Assembly: GCA_031261605.1 (NCBI GenBank)
Contig: JAISJI010000064.1
Coordinates: 209-64,208 of the forward strand
Origin: Ignavibacteria bacterium
Lineage (GTDB): Bacteria > Bacteroidota > Ignavibacteria > Kapaibacteriales > UBA2268
Direction: 5' to 3'
Length of the DNA stretch: 64,000 bases
Positions 29,841 through 40,037 of this stretch are shown piece by piece. Positions within the stretch are counted from its first letter, which is position 1. Each line of letters opens with the position of its first letter. The notes under the pieces are model-generated. The model ran no database searches and was not told the origin of the DNA. It saw only the letters and a list, made by a program, of their open reading frames with translations. A program made the translations under genes and the position numbers.

Positions 29841-30982
29841 TGAACAATATCATCGGATTATATCACGAAAGACGCTTATTAGAGAAGGCAATATTAGATA
29901 ATCGGCTTGCTGGAGCGTATTGCTTCCTTGGCATAGAAGGAGTTGGTAAAGACGCTATGGCTATTGAGGTAGCGAAGGTAACGAATTGCTATGAGCCAAT
30001 AATTACTACCGAAGTAGATGAGCAGAATAATGAATACCAGAGTATAGCCGCTTGCGAGCATTGCAAAAGTTGCAAAATGGCAAATTCACTCTCACATCCA
30101 AATATCCAATTCATATACTCCATACCCGGTGGCGATAAACTTTCCGATGAGCAGCATAGTGCAATAAAAGAAGAGATAAAGTTAAAAGTGGAAGACAAAT
30201 ACCATAAAATGGTAATTCCCAATGCGAAATATATAAATATCCAGCAGATACGAGATATAAAAAAGCGTGCATCACTCAGCACAGTATCTTATGGAAGGCG
30301 TTTTATCATTATCTCTAATGGCGAGCAGATGAATACAGAGGCAGCCAATGCTTTTCTAAAAACATTGGAAGAGCCACAGCCAGACACTACCATTATCATT
30401 ACCTCATCCAAGAAGGAACAACTTCTCCAAACCATACTATCGCGTTGCCAGCAGATATATTTTAGTCCAATTCCATTTGACGATATGGTTACCTATCTTT
30501 CGTCTAAGCATAACAAATCCAATGTAGAAGCACGTTTGATAGCAACTTTTGCACAGGGTTCAATTTCCAATGCACTAAATTTTTTTGATGATAGCATTAA
30601 CTCAATGCGTTCGCAAGCAGTGGATACTCTTCGCTCTGCATTGCATCGGAAGGAATATAGAATTGAACTAACAAATGCCATAGATAACATATTGAAATCT
30701 AAGGATAAAAAGATGTTTGGGCTGTTTCTCAATCTGCTACTAATTTGGGTTAGGGATGTTTATTCAATAGCGGTTTTACGAAATACTGAACTTGTGATAA
30801 ATTTGGATTTGGCTGAGCGTATGGTGAAGTTCCACAATGGTTATCCCGATGCGAATTTACTAAATGCTATTTCTAAGATAGAGCAAGCAATTGGTAGAAT
30901 TGAGCGAAATGTAGACCCAAAGATGACATTTACTGCATTATTCATAGAATTACGACGTATTTTTTTGCAAATTGACTATTAA
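29840..30982 (+). CDS. holB: DNA polymerase III subunit delta-prime
   Basis: G.EGVGK, CEHCKSC, HPN, EAANAFLKTLEEP, TILSRCQ. Confidence 0.9.
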   Translation: MNNIIGLYHERRLLEKAILDNRLAGAYCFLGIEGVGKDAMAIEVAKVTNCYEPIITTEVDEQNNEYQSIAACEHCKSCKMANSLSHPNIQFIYSIPGGDKLSDEQHSAIKEEIKLKVEDKYHKMVIPNAKYINIQQIRDIKKRASLSTVSYGRRFIIISNGEQMNTEAANAFLKTLEEPQPDTTIIITSSKKEQLLQTILSRCQQIYFSPIPFDDMVTYLSSKHNKSNVEARLIATFAQGSISNALNFFDDSINSMRSQAVDTLRSALHRKEYRIELTNAIDNILKSKDKKMFGLFLNLLLIWVRDVYSIAVLRNTELVINLDLAERMVKFHNGYPDANLLNAISKIEQAIGRIERNVDPKMTFTALFIELRRIFLQIDY

Positions 30983-30995
30983 AATATGTGAGTAG

Positions 30996-31037
30996 AATAA
31001 AAAAGGAACAAGCGAAAAACTTGTTCCTTTTTTTATT
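30996..31037. terminator. bidirectional intrinsic terminator
   Basis: AATAAAAAAGGAACAAG...CTTGTTCCTTTTTTTATT between convergent genes. Confidence 0.85.
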
Positions 31038-31052
31038 GGATTATAGTTAATC

Positions 31053-33986
31053 TTAACGAATAACGGTTAATTTAGTATTATAGATACGCCCTTGTGCTTC
31101 AATTCTGACATAATACACGCCATTTGCTAACTCATTGGTATTAATAAGAATATTGTCATACTCGCCTTGCAATGATATGTGCATAACTTCGTTACCCATA
31201 GGATTAGTAACGCTAAGTTGTGGATTTACAAGCATTTCGCTAAATTTCACGGTTGCCTCATTAGTTGCTGGATTAGGCAATAGAAGTGGCTCGTTATTAG
31301 AATATAAGTCATTAATATCATTAGGGTTACTTGTATTTAGTAATTCTACATCATCAATGATAGCAGTAACGCCGTTGCTTGTGTTATTTGAATTGCATAC
31401 GAAGCGTATTTTTAGATTGCTAAAATCCTCGCCAGATTGTTTAAGAGCGGTAAGATTAACGTATTCTCTTTCGTAAGTCCAGTTTTTAGGTTGTGTTCTC
31501 CCTCTGAAAGATTGTGCAAGTCGCCAAGTGCCTCCGCCATCAAAACTTACTTCTATACTTAAGCCATTGTAATTGGTATTGATTCTATTAACAAGGTATT
31601 TGTAGTAAGTAAGGAAAAGATGTTCAGCATTAGGAAATGACATAATGTGGCTCTCTAATTTAGAAGTATCTACTAAACCATTTGGCATAATATTAGTGCC
31701 TTGCAGAGCAGCGGAAGTTTGTGTTGTCCAGCATTTTTGTCCCTTGTAGGTGTAGTTGTATCCCGGAGAATATAGCACAGCCCCCCACGGCTTTTGGTCT
31801 TGTATTGATACTAAGTCAGGGGCTTGTAACGACCAACCATTTTCTGCTTTTTGTGAATTTACAACACTCCAGCCATCAGCAGTTTCGCAAGTGTTTTTGT
31901 ATAGTGAGGTATAGCCGACAAAGCAGAAATAATCTCTATTTATACGAATTAATTCACCGGAGAATGGATTTTTGCAAGTAAAGTAGTAGAATAGGCGTGT
32001 AGCATCGCTCTGTGCAGGTATGGAACCGGTGTATGTGATGCCTGTTGAGCCAACTTGCTTCGTTAGCAATACTCTTTGTGGCTCCCAACTCCAGTTGGTA
32101 TAATAGTTTATGTAAAATTCTTCTATATCTTTTGGAGCAGCTATATCTTCCAAAGTGCAAGAGATAGCAATAGGTTCTGTAGTGCTTGGTTGGTCTTCTA
32201 CATTGGTATGACGGAAGCGATTTTGTATTACTAAATCGTAGCCAATCTTATGTTTAGTGAAAGCAGCATTGATAGCGTCAAAATTATGTTCAAACTCTTT
32301 TTCAGTATCTGTGTCTCTCCAATCCTCATTTGCTTTAACTAATGCTTCGAACCAATTAGCAAATACTTCATCTAAAGTATTTCCATCTGGTGTCCAACTT
32401 TTAGCAAAATGGACAGTGGATTTGGCTTCATCAAAATCTACAAGTTTGCGGTAATCCCAGAATGCTCCGGATAGGATACGGGAATCATCATGGACTTCTC
32501 CATTTAAGCTATCGGGAAATACGACCTTATTGTCCAGATTGCGTGGTAAGCCCATATTTATTGAATATCCGGTTCTAAAATCAGGTTTAAATATATCAGG
32601 GTCATCTATAATGTAGCCAGCTGTAATATCAGCATTTGCTTCATTTGCTGTTCCATTTTGCATTCCGCTTGGTTTGCCGCAAGCCCTATATTTTGCATAT
32701 ACCATAGAATGTCCATATTCATGGTATGCAGTCGGTGCAGATTTTGCAAAGAAGACATTAATGTGGTTTGCAAATAAGAATGTAAGTTTAGATTCACCAG
32801 AAGCATACGCATTAAATGGATAGGCCATTGAAGTAAGCGATGCTGCGGCTGGGAGCAATTGCACATAGACACTGAACATACCATTTACATCACCGGCAAC
32901 TCCACCAAATGCAGGGTCTATGATTTTGTAATAGTTATTTACGATAGATACAGAATTATATATGGTTCTGAATACTTCATCATAATTATTGCTATCCAAC
33001 ATATCAATGCCATCGGAAGAAATTGTGCCCGTATATGAATATTCATTTGTAGAAGAAGTAGCGGGATAGTTTACACTATACATACGCATATTGTATCCAC
33101 GTAAGTTAGTTGTAAATGAGCCACCTACAGCGTCATCAGGAAAATTGTTGATAGTGCCAGAGTTATTTGCTTGGTAGTCCTTGCCATTATAAGTAATGCT
33201 GATATTGCGTAAAGGTGCTACAATTAATGGGTTATTTGCATCTCCATCATATTGTTTAGCATTGATTTTAGCGGCAACATTACTAACTAAATTACGTCTT
33301 TCCAATAACTTGCCATTTGAGGCATCCACAACGGCTGAATAATATTTATCCAATTGCGAGGTAAAAGTGCATTCGTAAGCAGGGGTATAGTTGTATTTAC
33401 CATTTTCGAAATAAGGGAATATGAACGGCTGTTCCTTGGTGACGATGTCATATTCCCCAGTTAAACCATAAGTAGCAGCATTTTCAATGGCTTGGAGTGA
33501 TACTTGTGGCTTAGAGTGATTTAATTCAATGTCATCGTAATAAGTTGAATTGAATGAATATAGCGTGCCATCTGGCTTAACATACATCTGCACCAAACTA
33601 TTCCTAACTTCATAATTATCATACTTTTGCATAAAAACAACTAGTATGGACTTTGATAACGGAACTACGTTGTATAGATATAGGTTATCTGTATTAATAC
33701 CAAGTAGTTGGGTATTTTTTTTGAGAAAAGCGAGGCATTCATCAGCGGCATTTTCCGTAGTGATGTTTCGGCTATTCAGATATGCACACCGCTCATTATT
33801 TGTCGCAAGTGCATAAATATTGCGTGTATAGCGGGCATTCAGTTCGGCAATTGCAGGATTTCCAGCGGAACTTAGTATGTCACTATTGCTCAGCACAACG
33901 CCATCCGATTGGATGCTTGGTGCTGCAACACCGACATAGAATGCAGTAAATAGTAGTAATGTGGTAATTGTTTTTTGAAATTTCAT
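31053..33986 (-). CDS. M4/M36-like (thermolysin/fungalysin) metalloprotease with propeptide and T9SS C-terminal domain
   Basis: YHEYGH followed by NEANAD, GEVHDDS; FTP/PepSY-like N-terminus; PNPAT...GVYYVRI...KLTVIR. Confidence 0.82.
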   Translation of the reverse strand: MKFQKTITTLLLFTAFYVGVAAPSIQSDGVVLSNSDILSSAGNPAIAELNARYTRNIYALATNNERCAYLNSRNITTENAADECLAFLKKNTQLLGINTDNLYLYNVVPLSKSILVVFMQKYDNYEVRNSLVQMYVKPDGTLYSFNSTYYDDIELNHSKPQVSLQAIENAATYGLTGEYDIVTKEQPFIFPYFENGKYNYTPAYECTFTSQLDKYYSAVVDASNGKLLERRNLVSNVAAKINAKQYDGDANNPLIVAPLRNISITYNGKDYQANNSGTINNFPDDAVGGSFTTNLRGYNMRMYSVNYPATSSTNEYSYTGTISSDGIDMLDSNNYDEVFRTIYNSVSIVNNYYKIIDPAFGGVAGDVNGMFSVYVQLLPAAASLTSMAYPFNAYASGESKLTFLFANHINVFFAKSAPTAYHEYGHSMVYAKYRACGKPSGMQNGTANEANADITAGYIIDDPDIFKPDFRTGYSINMGLPRNLDNKVVFPDSLNGEVHDDSRILSGAFWDYRKLVDFDEAKSTVHFAKSWTPDGNTLDEVFANWFEALVKANEDWRDTDTEKEFEHNFDAINAAFTKHKIGYDLVIQNRFRHTNVEDQPSTTEPIAISCTLEDIAAPKDIEEFYINYYTNWSWEPQRVLLTKQVGSTGITYTGSIPAQSDATRLFYYFTCKNPFSGELIRINRDYFCFVGYTSLYKNTCETADGWSVVNSQKAENGWSLQAPDLVSIQDQKPWGAVLYSPGYNYTYKGQKCWTTQTSAALQGTNIMPNGLVDTSKLESHIMSFPNAEHLFLTYYKYLVNRINTNYNGLSIEVSFDGGGTWRLAQSFRGRTQPKNWTYEREYVNLTALKQSGEDFSNLKIRFVCNSNNTSNGVTAIIDDVELLNTSNPNDINDLYSNNEPLLLPNPATNEATVKFSEMLVNPQLSVTNPMGNEVMHISLQGEYDNILINTNELANGVYYVRIEAQGRIYNTKLTVIR

Positions 33987-34015
33987 TACATTTCCTTTTT
34001 TTATTTAGACAAGTA

Positions 34016-36442
34016 TTAGTTTCTATTTATAAGCAACTTAGTTGCTATTTTATTTTCTGATGTTTCTAAATTTATGAAATACACGCCAAGAGGTAATTTA
34101 TCTGTTGATATGCCAATTTCGTAGTTTCCGGATTGCAGATAACCGTTGTGTAAAGTGCCTATTAGAGTGCCGATTTCGCTATATAGTTTAATTGCGACTA
34201 ATGAATTTTCATTAATATTAAACTTATATACAACATTTTCACTTACTGGATTTGGCGTTACTATTGGTGAGAACCAACCGCCATTTGTGGAGTCAGCAAT
34301 TGCTCTGATTGGAGTATTGCATAAGCCAGTGAAATCTAAAGTATCTGCTGTGGGTTCGGCATTCAATATTAGCGTATAATTATAGCAACTATTACTTACG
34401 AATAATGTATCGGTATCAAATATTGCTTTCTTATGCTTTGCGTGTGGTGTATATGCTATTTTTATATACGCGGAATCCGCCACTGGTATTTTAATAGGAA
34501 ACTGGGATTTAGGTATAGTAAAGAGTATATTTTGCGATAGAAGGAAGTTATCGTTAGTTATGTTTAGTGGCACATCGCCAGTATTCACTATGTTTAGCAA
34601 TGCGGTATGTTGTTTAGCAATATTGCATTGTCCGAAATCTATTATATTTTCCTCATTTACATTAGAAAAATCAAATGCAAGGGTGTGTATTGTATCGGAC
34701 AAGACGGTTGTATCTCCATATAAATCTATGATTTGCACAGTAAAATATGCTAATAGAGGATATTCTTTCTTTGTGATATTAAGGCGAAGTTTCAAATTAG
34801 TAATTGTGTCTTCGGTTATGATGCAATTTACACTTTCCAATATTTCATAACTTACAATGCCGGAGTTGTATGTTTGGTTATATGCGAAAGTCGCTTGTCT
34901 ATAGCAACTATCCACATTAAGCGTTATTCTGCCGTGTTCTAAGTCCCTGAAACTCATACCCCCAAGATAAGCGTATGATACAGCGGAGCCGTAGCCATAT
35001 ATTTGGACGGATATTGGGTCTTTGCAAGATATATTATGACCTCCCCAAGTTGATTTTAGTTCTATGTAGGAGCATCCGCTATTGGGAATAGGAATAAATT
35101 TTGAGGCATCCAGCAATTTACCATCTACATACACTTCTCCTATATCTTCATCTGGTGCAATTATTGTAAGGAATTGGTCTACTAAATGGTTGGATCCGTT
35201 TATAAGAATTTGTGGATTGACTACGTTGTAATCAGTTTTGTATTGTTCTATTGGTGGCACGATTATCATAGATGGGTCACCATATCCATATGCAGCAGAG
35301 GAAGTTGAAGTTGGCTGTTCTGTCCTAATATATTGTGCGACTAATATTGGATTGTTGGATGATACAATACCTGCTTTTAACTTTCCAGCATAGAACTTTC
35401 CTTTCTGCAATGTATCTACCGGGATGCGATTTATCATTACGATTGTGCTGTCCTTGCACGCTAACACTCTAAATTCATCATCAAGGTCGTTGTATTCATT
35501 ATAATAGGTGGAACGAGCGAATGGCGTTAGTATAGCGTTCTTTCCCCAAGCGTGAACAGGAATAATCTGCTCTATAAGGCAGTCGCGAGAGCCATAAGGA
35601 TAAATAGCATTTTCTATTGGGATTTCGGTTCGCTGGTGTCCCCCAAATACAGCAATTTCCTTATCTGCAATGATGTGGCTACCGGATAAATCGCCATTTC
35701 TATTGGATTTTAGGTCCATATCTGCTTGCACTAAATATGCTTCGCCTTTGTTTAGCGTTATGGTTTTCTCTACTATGCCGTATCGTCTTGTAGGGCAAGA
35801 TGGTGTCACCCTTACCGTTGTTCCATCATTTACCGCTACAATAGCAAATTGAGATGGTGTAGAGTTAATTCCTAATGAATCAGGTGCAAATTGGTAATTA
35901 GGATAAGCATTAGACGGATAAGATAGCGCATAATATTCCAAACCCAGCGCTGGCGTAGGTAGGACGATAAAAGCATCCGCTGACTTCTCGGCATAATCAA
36001 AAGCATACACGGTGGATTTCTCATCTGTAACGATATGTATTACCTTCTTTGATGCAACTTCACAATCGGAATTTGTTAGTGAGAAATTAGAATGCCCGGC
36101 TGCCATTTGGTTGTAGCCCTGCAATGCTACTCTATAATACCATAAAGATTTCTTATATATTTGATTTGGTTGTGTTATCTCAAAATTTATAGTTTTCGGA
36201 GTTATGGAGGTTGGCGAAATTTCGTAATAGTAGATTACACCTTTAGTTGGATATTTAGATGTAACGAATATATACAATGAATCTCTATAATAGGGATTAT
36301 TCTGATGGAAGTTCGGCATAAATGTAAACCAGAAATCCGTTCCTTCGCTTTCGTATTGCGTTGGCTCGTCTGCATATATGAAGTATGTGTCAAACACAAA
36401 CGCACTAACAGAGAATAGCAATATTATTAGCAACTTTTTCAT
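34016..36442 (-). CDS. IgGFc-binding-protein-domain protein with T9SS C-terminal domain
   Basis: EGTDFWFTF, DAFIVLPT.ALG..Y, DLSGS.I.ADK.IAVFGGH, GDPSM, YGY...SYAY.GG; PNPV C-terminal domain. Confidence 0.85.
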   Translation of the reverse strand: MKKLLIILLFSVSAFVFDTYFIYADEPTQYESEGTDFWFTFMPNFHQNNPYYRDSLYIFVTSKYPTKGVIYYYEISPTSITPKTINFEITQPNQIYKKSLWYYRVALQGYNQMAAGHSNFSLTNSDCEVASKKVIHIVTDEKSTVYAFDYAEKSADAFIVLPTPALGLEYYALSYPSNAYPNYQFAPDSLGINSTPSQFAIVAVNDGTTVRVTPSCPTRRYGIVEKTITLNKGEAYLVQADMDLKSNRNGDLSGSHIIADKEIAVFGGHQRTEIPIENAIYPYGSRDCLIEQIIPVHAWGKNAILTPFARSTYYNEYNDLDDEFRVLACKDSTIVMINRIPVDTLQKGKFYAGKLKAGIVSSNNPILVAQYIRTEQPTSTSSAAYGYGDPSMIIVPPIEQYKTDYNVVNPQILINGSNHLVDQFLTIIAPDEDIGEVYVDGKLLDASKFIPIPNSGCSYIELKSTWGGHNISCKDPISVQIYGYGSAVSYAYLGGMSFRDLEHGRITLNVDSCYRQATFAYNQTYNSGIVSYEILESVNCIITEDTITNLKLRLNITKKEYPLLAYFTVQIIDLYGDTTVLSDTIHTLAFDFSNVNEENIIDFGQCNIAKQHTALLNIVNTGDVPLNITNDNFLLSQNILFTIPKSQFPIKIPVADSAYIKIAYTPHAKHKKAIFDTDTLFVSNSCYNYTLILNAEPTADTLDFTGLCNTPIRAIADSTNGGWFSPIVTPNPVSENVVYKFNINENSLVAIKLYSEIGTLIGTLHNGYLQSGNYEIGISTDKLPLGVYFINLETSENKIATKLLINRN

Positions 36443-36645
36443 AATTTACTCCCAATACTATTTTATAATTACATAATATAAGAAAATTTTTGTAATAAAA
36501 TACTATAATGCTTTTTATTTTTATTTAAATTACAAATATTTTGTTAAGTTATACAATAATATCAATATTTTTTTGTAAATTGAGAGCGAGTATATACAAA
36601 AAAAATTATATAAACAATATATTAATCATAATTTTGGAGAATTAA

Positions 36646-38115
36646 ATGTCAAATCCATTATCAAACTTAGAACCTAAATCTGTATTTCATTGGTTTGGGG
36701 AATTAGAAAAGTATCCACGCCCCAGTAAGAAAGAAACCAAAGCCGTTGCTTTCATTGAGAAATGGGCATCGGAACACCACATCGCCTTACGTAAAGATAA
36801 GCGTGGTAACCTATTACTTAGCAAACCTGCGACGCAAGGAATGCAAAACAAGCAGTCCGTTTGCTTGCAAGGGCACATAGATATGGTTTGTGTTGCCGAA
36901 AAAGGTCATAAAATAGATTTTGATAAAGACCCAATTGATGTATATGTAGATGGCGACTGGATTAAGGCACGCGGCACTACTCTCGGTGGAGATGATGGCA
37001 TCGCTGTCGCTATGGGAATGGCTTTATTAGCATCAACCGATATAGCACATCCAGACCTTGAACTACTACTTACATTGGATGAAGAGACCGGTCTAACTGG
37101 TGCATCCGGCTTGGGAACTGATTTAATTAAATCTAAGCTACTCATCAACATAGATTCAGAGGATGAGGGCATCTTTACTATCGGCTGTGCTGGTGGTATG
37201 AATACGATAGCACACTATCCCTATGAACGCAGAATTGTTCCGCAAAACAATGTCGGCTTCATACTTGAAGTGACTGGCTTAAAAGGAGGCCACTCCGGTA
37301 TTGAAATCAATGCTGGTAGAGCCAATGCCAACAAGATACTTACGCGATTACTCTGGGTCGCAACAGAGAAGTTCAAAGTATTTCTTCAATCTTTTGATGG
37401 TGGCTCAAAGCACAACGCCATCCCATCCGAAGCACGTGCAATACTCGCCGTTCCTACTCGCAAAGTAGATGGATTAAAGAAGTATGTTGAGACAATGAAT
37501 GATATTATAAAGAAAGAGTATGCAGTTGTTGAACCTGACCTACGCATTCATCTTACCACAACTGCTGTTCCTAAATACGCATTGTCAAAGACCATCCAAA
37601 AGAAGATGCTTGCATCATTCTGCGTAGTGCCACACGGCGTTTTGCGTATGAGCGCAAATCCAGATACAAAGGAACTTGTGCAATCTTCCACTAATTTTGC
37701 TATTGTTGAAACAATCAGCGACAAAGAGATTATGGTTCTCACAAGCCAGCGTAGTAGCGTTGGAACAGAGAAGTTGGATATTGTTGAAATGGTTAAGACA
37801 GCGTTCTTACTCGGAGGAGCAAAAGTTGAAACTACCGATGGCTATCCTGCTTGGGAGCCACGCGATAAATCTCCTTTGCAAGACCTTGTTAAATCGGTAT
37901 ACAAAAAAGTATCAGGCAAGGAAGCCATTATTGATACGATTCACGCTGGCTTAGAATGCGGACTTATCGGAGATAAATATGAAGGAATGGATATGATTTC
38001 TATCGGACCGGATTTAAAAGATGTCCATTCTCCAGACGAAAAATTGTCTATCAGTTCCACAAAACGCACTTGGGAATTCTTAGTGGAATTGTTAAAGCAT
38101 ATTCCGAACAAATAA
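36646..38115 (+). CDS. pepD: aminoacyl-histidine dipeptidase (M20C)
   Basis: LQGHIDMV, GTTLGGDDGI, DEETGL.GA, GGHSG, IHAGLECG, VHSPDE. Confidence 0.95.
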   Translation: MSNPLSNLEPKSVFHWFGELEKYPRPSKKETKAVAFIEKWASEHHIALRKDKRGNLLLSKPATQGMQNKQSVCLQGHIDMVCVAEKGHKIDFDKDPIDVYVDGDWIKARGTTLGGDDGIAVAMGMALLASTDIAHPDLELLLTLDEETGLTGASGLGTDLIKSKLLINIDSEDEGIFTIGCAGGMNTIAHYPYERRIVPQNNVGFILEVTGLKGGHSGIEINAGRANANKILTRLLWVATEKFKVFLQSFDGGSKHNAIPSEARAILAVPTRKVDGLKKYVETMNDIIKKEYAVVEPDLRIHLTTTAVPKYALSKTIQKKMLASFCVVPHGVLRMSANPDTKELVQSSTNFAIVETISDKEIMVLTSQRSSVGTEKLDIVEMVKTAFLLGGAKVETTDGYPAWEPRDKSPLQDLVKSVYKKVSGKEAIIDTIHAGLECGLIGDKYEGMDMISIGPDLKDVHSPDEKLSISSTKRTWEFLVELLKHIPNK

Positions 38116-38142
38116 AGAATTGCATTTATGCAATGCAAGAAT

Positions 38143-38173
38143 CATAGGGGCAGGTTTTAGACCTGCCTTTATG
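38143..38173. repeat. 13-bp stem-loop (REP-like or terminator-like)
   Basis: CATAGGGGCAGGT-TTTAG-ACCTGCCTTTATG with two G-U pairs; no long U tail. Confidence 0.55.
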
Positions 38174-38223
38174 GTGTTGTGCCACTCTCCATTTTATTTT
38201 ATCAATTATTGTATTAACCAATT

Positions 38224-38931
38224 ATGCCAAAATTTTTAAGAACGGATGATTTGAATTTAGAAATTAGAAATATTATAGAAAATGCCAATAATGAAATAAT
38301 TCTAATTTCTCCATACATAAGTTTGAGCGAACGCCTCAAACTTGCACTAAAAAAGCAAATCACAAATGAAAAGCTCAAAATAATATTAGTGTATGGTAAA
38401 AATCCGTATAACCAAGAAAGAAGTTTTAATAATGATGATTATGATTTTCTACAGAATTTTCCAAATATTGAAATTAGATACTTAAAGAACTTGCACGCTA
38501 AATACTATGCAAATGAACAGCGTTCTATTATTACTTCTATGAATCTATATGAATATTCGCAAGCATTTAATTTTGAGGCGGGAATACTAATTGATAATAC
38601 TGCGGCGGATGGTTTTACAAATGATGTCCGTTCGTTTTTCACAAGAATCATTGATACATCGGAAGTTGAGATTTGCAATACTATCAATATCGTCAATACG
38701 ACTATAGAGGCAACAATTGGATATTGCATTAGCACTAGACAACCAATTCCTTTCAATATAGATATGCCATTCTCTGACGAAGCATATAAAAAGTGGTTGG
38801 AATTAGAAGAGGTAGACCACCCAGAAAATTTTTGTCATTTTACTGGCGAACAATCCAACGGCGAAACATCAATGCGCAGACCGATATTAAACAAATACTA
38901 CTATAAAGCAAAGAAAAAGTATAATTTATGA
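38224..38931 (+). CDS. phospholipase-D-superfamily (single HKD-type) putative nuclease with C-terminal Cys/His domain
   Basis: LISPY, LHAKYYANE...ITSMNLY..S...N.E.GIL; C-terminal GYCI..IPFN..P...FCHFTGE. Confidence 0.8.
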   Translation: MPKFLRTDDLNLEIRNIIENANNEIILISPYISLSERLKLALKKQITNEKLKIILVYGKNPYNQERSFNNDDYDFLQNFPNIEIRYLKNLHAKYYANEQRSIITSMNLYEYSQAFNFEAGILIDNTAADGFTNDVRSFFTRIIDTSEVEICNTINIVNTTIEATIGYCISTRQPIPFNIDMPFSDEAYKKWLELEEVDHPENFCHFTGEQSNGETSMRRPILNKYYYKAKKKYNL

Positions 38932-38940
38932 ATTAATTTT

Positions 38941-39624
38941 ATGGAATGTATTTATATACCAATGCTGTCTTTTCAAACACAGCACTACCCTATTCCTCCT
39001 GCTGAGTGTCAGCATCTTAAAGCATTGAGAATACAAACAGGAACGCAGATGCAAATAACTAATGGGAATGGACTTTCGGCTATTGCTGTGATAGAGCGTA
39101 TCTCTAAAACGGAGTATAATGCTGATGTTATTGAGTTTATGCGTAATTTTGGCGAGTTGGATTGTAAAATTGGGCTTGCTATTGGTATTTTGGATAACAA
39201 AGATAGGTTGGAATTTGCCGTTGAGAAGAGTGTGGAACTCGGTGTTAGTGAAATATTTCTGCTCACTACTGATTACACGCAACAGATGCATATTAATTTA
39301 GAGCGGTTAGTTGGAAAAGCGATTGCTGCGGTAAAGCAATGCAAGCGTTCGGTGCTTCCGATTATCCATCCACCGATTAAATTGTCAGAATTGCTAAATG
39401 CGAATGATTACGAGAGTATTGTTTTATGTGATGAAAAAGGCGTCCGACCTGCGAAAGTAGAGAATAGCAGTAGTATATTAGTATTTATTGGTGCAGAAGG
39501 CGGATTTAGCAATGCAGAACTGGATTTATTTCCAGCAAACACGCTCAAATGGAATCTCGGCAATCGGCGGTTGCGTGCAGAGACCGCTGCGATAGTCGCA
39601 TTAGGTTATTTAAGCGGTCTATAA
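38941..39624 (+). CDS. rsmE: 16S rRNA m3U1498 methyltransferase
   Basis: HLKALR, EKSVELGV, KQCKR, IGAEGGF, LG.RRLRAETA. Confidence 0.92.
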   Translation: MECIYIPMLSFQTQHYPIPPAECQHLKALRIQTGTQMQITNGNGLSAIAVIERISKTEYNADVIEFMRNFGELDCKIGLAIGILDNKDRLEFAVEKSVELGVSEIFLLTTDYTQQMHINLERLVGKAIAAVKQCKRSVLPIIHPPIKLSELLNANDYESIVLCDEKGVRPAKVENSSSILVFIGAEGGFSNAELDLFPANTLKWNLGNRRLRAETAAIVALGYLSGL

Positions 39625-39626
39625 TT

Positions 39627-40031
39627 CTATTTAACAATGATTTTACCAGCGGCGGCTTTGATTTTCGTCATTTTTATATCTGCTTTCATTGGCTCTTTCG
39701 TGATTAGCGTAACGCTTTCCATATAATTCACTTCCTTTTGTAATATTCTATTTCGTAAGTCAATACCTACTTTATTATTAGCAAACAAATCGCCTTCCCC
39801 AGATATAATATACACTGGATTAGCACCTCTTTTGTATAATTTAAGCAAGACCGATACCGGCAAATTGCTTCTGCCATTTTCATAATTACCTAATTGCTCG
39901 CGTGTAATATCAAGCAGATGCGAAAATTGCTCTGACGTGAGTTTCATTCCTTCATTAAACACACATCTGAATGCCTTAACACGTAACCCAATTAAGCTAT
40001 TTAAGTCATTATTGTCATCTATTGGATACAT
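39627..40031 (-). CDS. XRE-family helix-turn-helix protein
   Basis: LTSEQFSHLLDITREQLGNYENGRS...NPVYIISGEG. Confidence 0.8.
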   Translation of the reverse strand: MYPIDDNNDLNSLIGLRVKAFRCVFNEGMKLTSEQFSHLLDITREQLGNYENGRSNLPVSVLLKLYKRGANPVYIISGEGDLFANNKVGIDLRNRILQKEVNYMESVTLITKEPMKADIKMTKIKAAAGKIIVK

Positions 40032-40037
40032 ATTTAT

